From Haplodiscus bocki (lineage: Eukaryota), in NCBI GenBank assembly GCA_965655095.1, contig OZ296648.1:142910001-142974000 (forward strand): a stretch of 64,000 nucleotides of DNA. Direction: 5' to 3'. How positions within the stretch are numbered: the stretch's first letter is position 1; each line of letters begins with the position of its first letter. The translations under genes were made by a program, and so were the position numbers. A model generated the notes under the pieces. The model was not told where the DNA came from and ran no database searches. It was given only the letters and a program-made list of their open reading frames with translations. Below are positions 62,149 through 64,000 of this stretch, piece by piece.

Positions 62149-64000
62149 TTTGAGGTTTGATTTTTAGTTTATTCATTTTTCGCATTTTGCTGGACATTCT
62201 TATAGACAAAATTTGTGGAACTGGAGTTGCCGTTCTAGTTGAAAATTCAGTTTTTGTTTGAACCGAAGTTGTTGTTCTTTTTTCGGAGCGCAACTACGTG
62301 ACTGTGGTAAACCACTCCAAGAAAGAGATTTATGTATTCATCAAAATTTAATATTATGACACGCATGCATACAATATGATCAAAGTAATTGAAAACTTTT
62401 ATCGAAAAGTCCAACTATATGACATCTTAATTTTAATATTTGCAACTCTCAAAGCACCTACACAATGAATCAGATGACAGCAATTTTAAACATGCATTCA
62501 AAAATTTTGAAATTTTGGATTTTAGTTTTCTGTTTCTTGGGCAGCACCTCGAAGACCCAAAAAGTCAAATTTACGTAATCGCTGATTTTTGAATAACTGT
62601 GACTCCACATAGAATTTTCTTGCTATTGTACATGTACCATATTTAGTTAATTTGTTTTTTTTTAATTCAATACTTTACCCAAAAGTGACCGGTGCTTTGC
62701 CTGCTATTACAGTGACGTAAGATAATGGACTTACTTCGAACTGACTCACTTTTTACTGAGCTGCATTTTTTCAGCTGTTCCCACGCACAGTGTTAGTTGT
62801 CGAGCGTACAAAATGCTCGTAATGCCCCCTACCCTCCCCTTACGTATTTACATATATCGGAAAATAATCGTGAAGCAAACAAAGAAAGTTTCCGTGACAA
62901 TCATTATCATTTTCCTCAAAAAAATATTAAAATTTCTCCTGTTATCCCCGAGAGCAATGAAAATTCTACTTGATTTAGTTTGAAGTCTTCTGTTTTGTTT
63001 TTAGATTGAAATTCTCGTTTTTGAAGATGTTTATATTTTTATGCGGTGGTTCACTGAAGATGGGACTCGACTGTTGTAGTGACTTTTCTTCGTCAGACTG
63101 CTGCAGACTATCTTCTTTCGTCAGACAACAGACCTCAATTGAAATCGAAGTCGACCTACTTTGTACCTTTGATGAAGTTGCTCAATTTGCTCGGGTTGAG
63201 GCATGCCATCTAAACTTTATAAAACTGAAAAAAAGTTTGCGATAACCCTTTTGCAGGCTCCGTGAAACTTAGGGAAATGCAAACACCATTTTTTCCTATT
63301 AACCCTTCGCATTTCCCAGTTTTCATTCCGAAACCACAAATACGCAAAAAATTTTCCCAGTTTTATATACCGGAAAAAAAAGCTTTTGGAAGAGCATACA
63401 ATGAAAACTATTGCATACACCTTCACATAAATGAAAGCTTCTCCAGAAAGCAAAGGCCAAAATAAATTAAACTAATATTTTTACCTGGCAGCTTTTAATG
63501 TTCCAAAGAGTAACTCAGTGACAGAAGAGATCACCAAAACTTTCAGAAAGAAAAAAGACTCCTGTGGTTATCTTGAACATTACGGGCTCCACTGACTCTA
63601 GATACTTATGTTACCAAAACCAGTTTTAAATTCAAACAAGAGTCTTAAGCTCCTCTATTTTGCTCGACATTGATAGAATTTGGACGCCCGTATTTTACGA
63701 AAATTGCCGGAGAAAAAAGAAATAGCCCTTCTTTGCTGTAAACCGCTGTTATTGTCACTATCTTTCCAGTTATTAATGCATCCTAGCACTAATTTGGACC
63801 AGCTAGTTTTTATTCTTGGGTCTTACGCGACATCTTTAGATCATAAGTGCAATCTCAACTATTGGTTGAGCTGCTATTGAGCACCCCTTGTCTTCTTTCT
63901 CTTACCAACGTTTCCTCAACCAAATATTATCTCTGCTTGAGAAAACTGGCAGCAGATTCAAATATTGTAGGCGTCTTTTGATTTGCTTCAATCGAAATTG

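Overview
AT-rich, repeat-dominated eukaryotic (animal-like) DNA. Almost all of it is nested, decayed mobile elements. The repeats resemble ones I associate with acoel worms, but I cannot verify that here. Main contents: (1) a TRAF-type MATH-domain pseudogene directly upstream of a TG...CA LTR-like block (0.3-3.3 kb). (2) Decayed L2/CR1-like LINE relics. (3) One coding exon of an ENTREP/FAM189-like (CD20 superfamily) host gene on the minus strand near 14.6 kb. (4) A heavily decayed Polinton/Maverick (adintovirus-like) provirus on the minus strand, about 20.7-44.0 kb: protease, major capsid, basic core protein, penton, rve integrase and pPolB. (5) A ~13.8 kb Ty3/Gypsy retrotransposon inserted in that pPolB gene. 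This is the most unusual element. Its ~1.5 kb LTR (three copies in the window) ends in ~135 open codons that probably form the Gag N-terminus. No polypurine tract precedes the 3' LTR; a cluster of hairpins sits there instead. Between pol and the 3' LTR lies a ~5 kb cassette with an intron-containing antisense gene and a divergent sense gene. (6) MITEs, including a 38-bp AG...CT hairpin with a 6-bp target duplication, the Polinton signature. (7) An intact, intronless ORF for a small secreted-looking Cys-rich protein near 62 kb. Protein calls on decayed regions come from manual translation and motif recognition, not database searches. Boundaries of relics are approximate.
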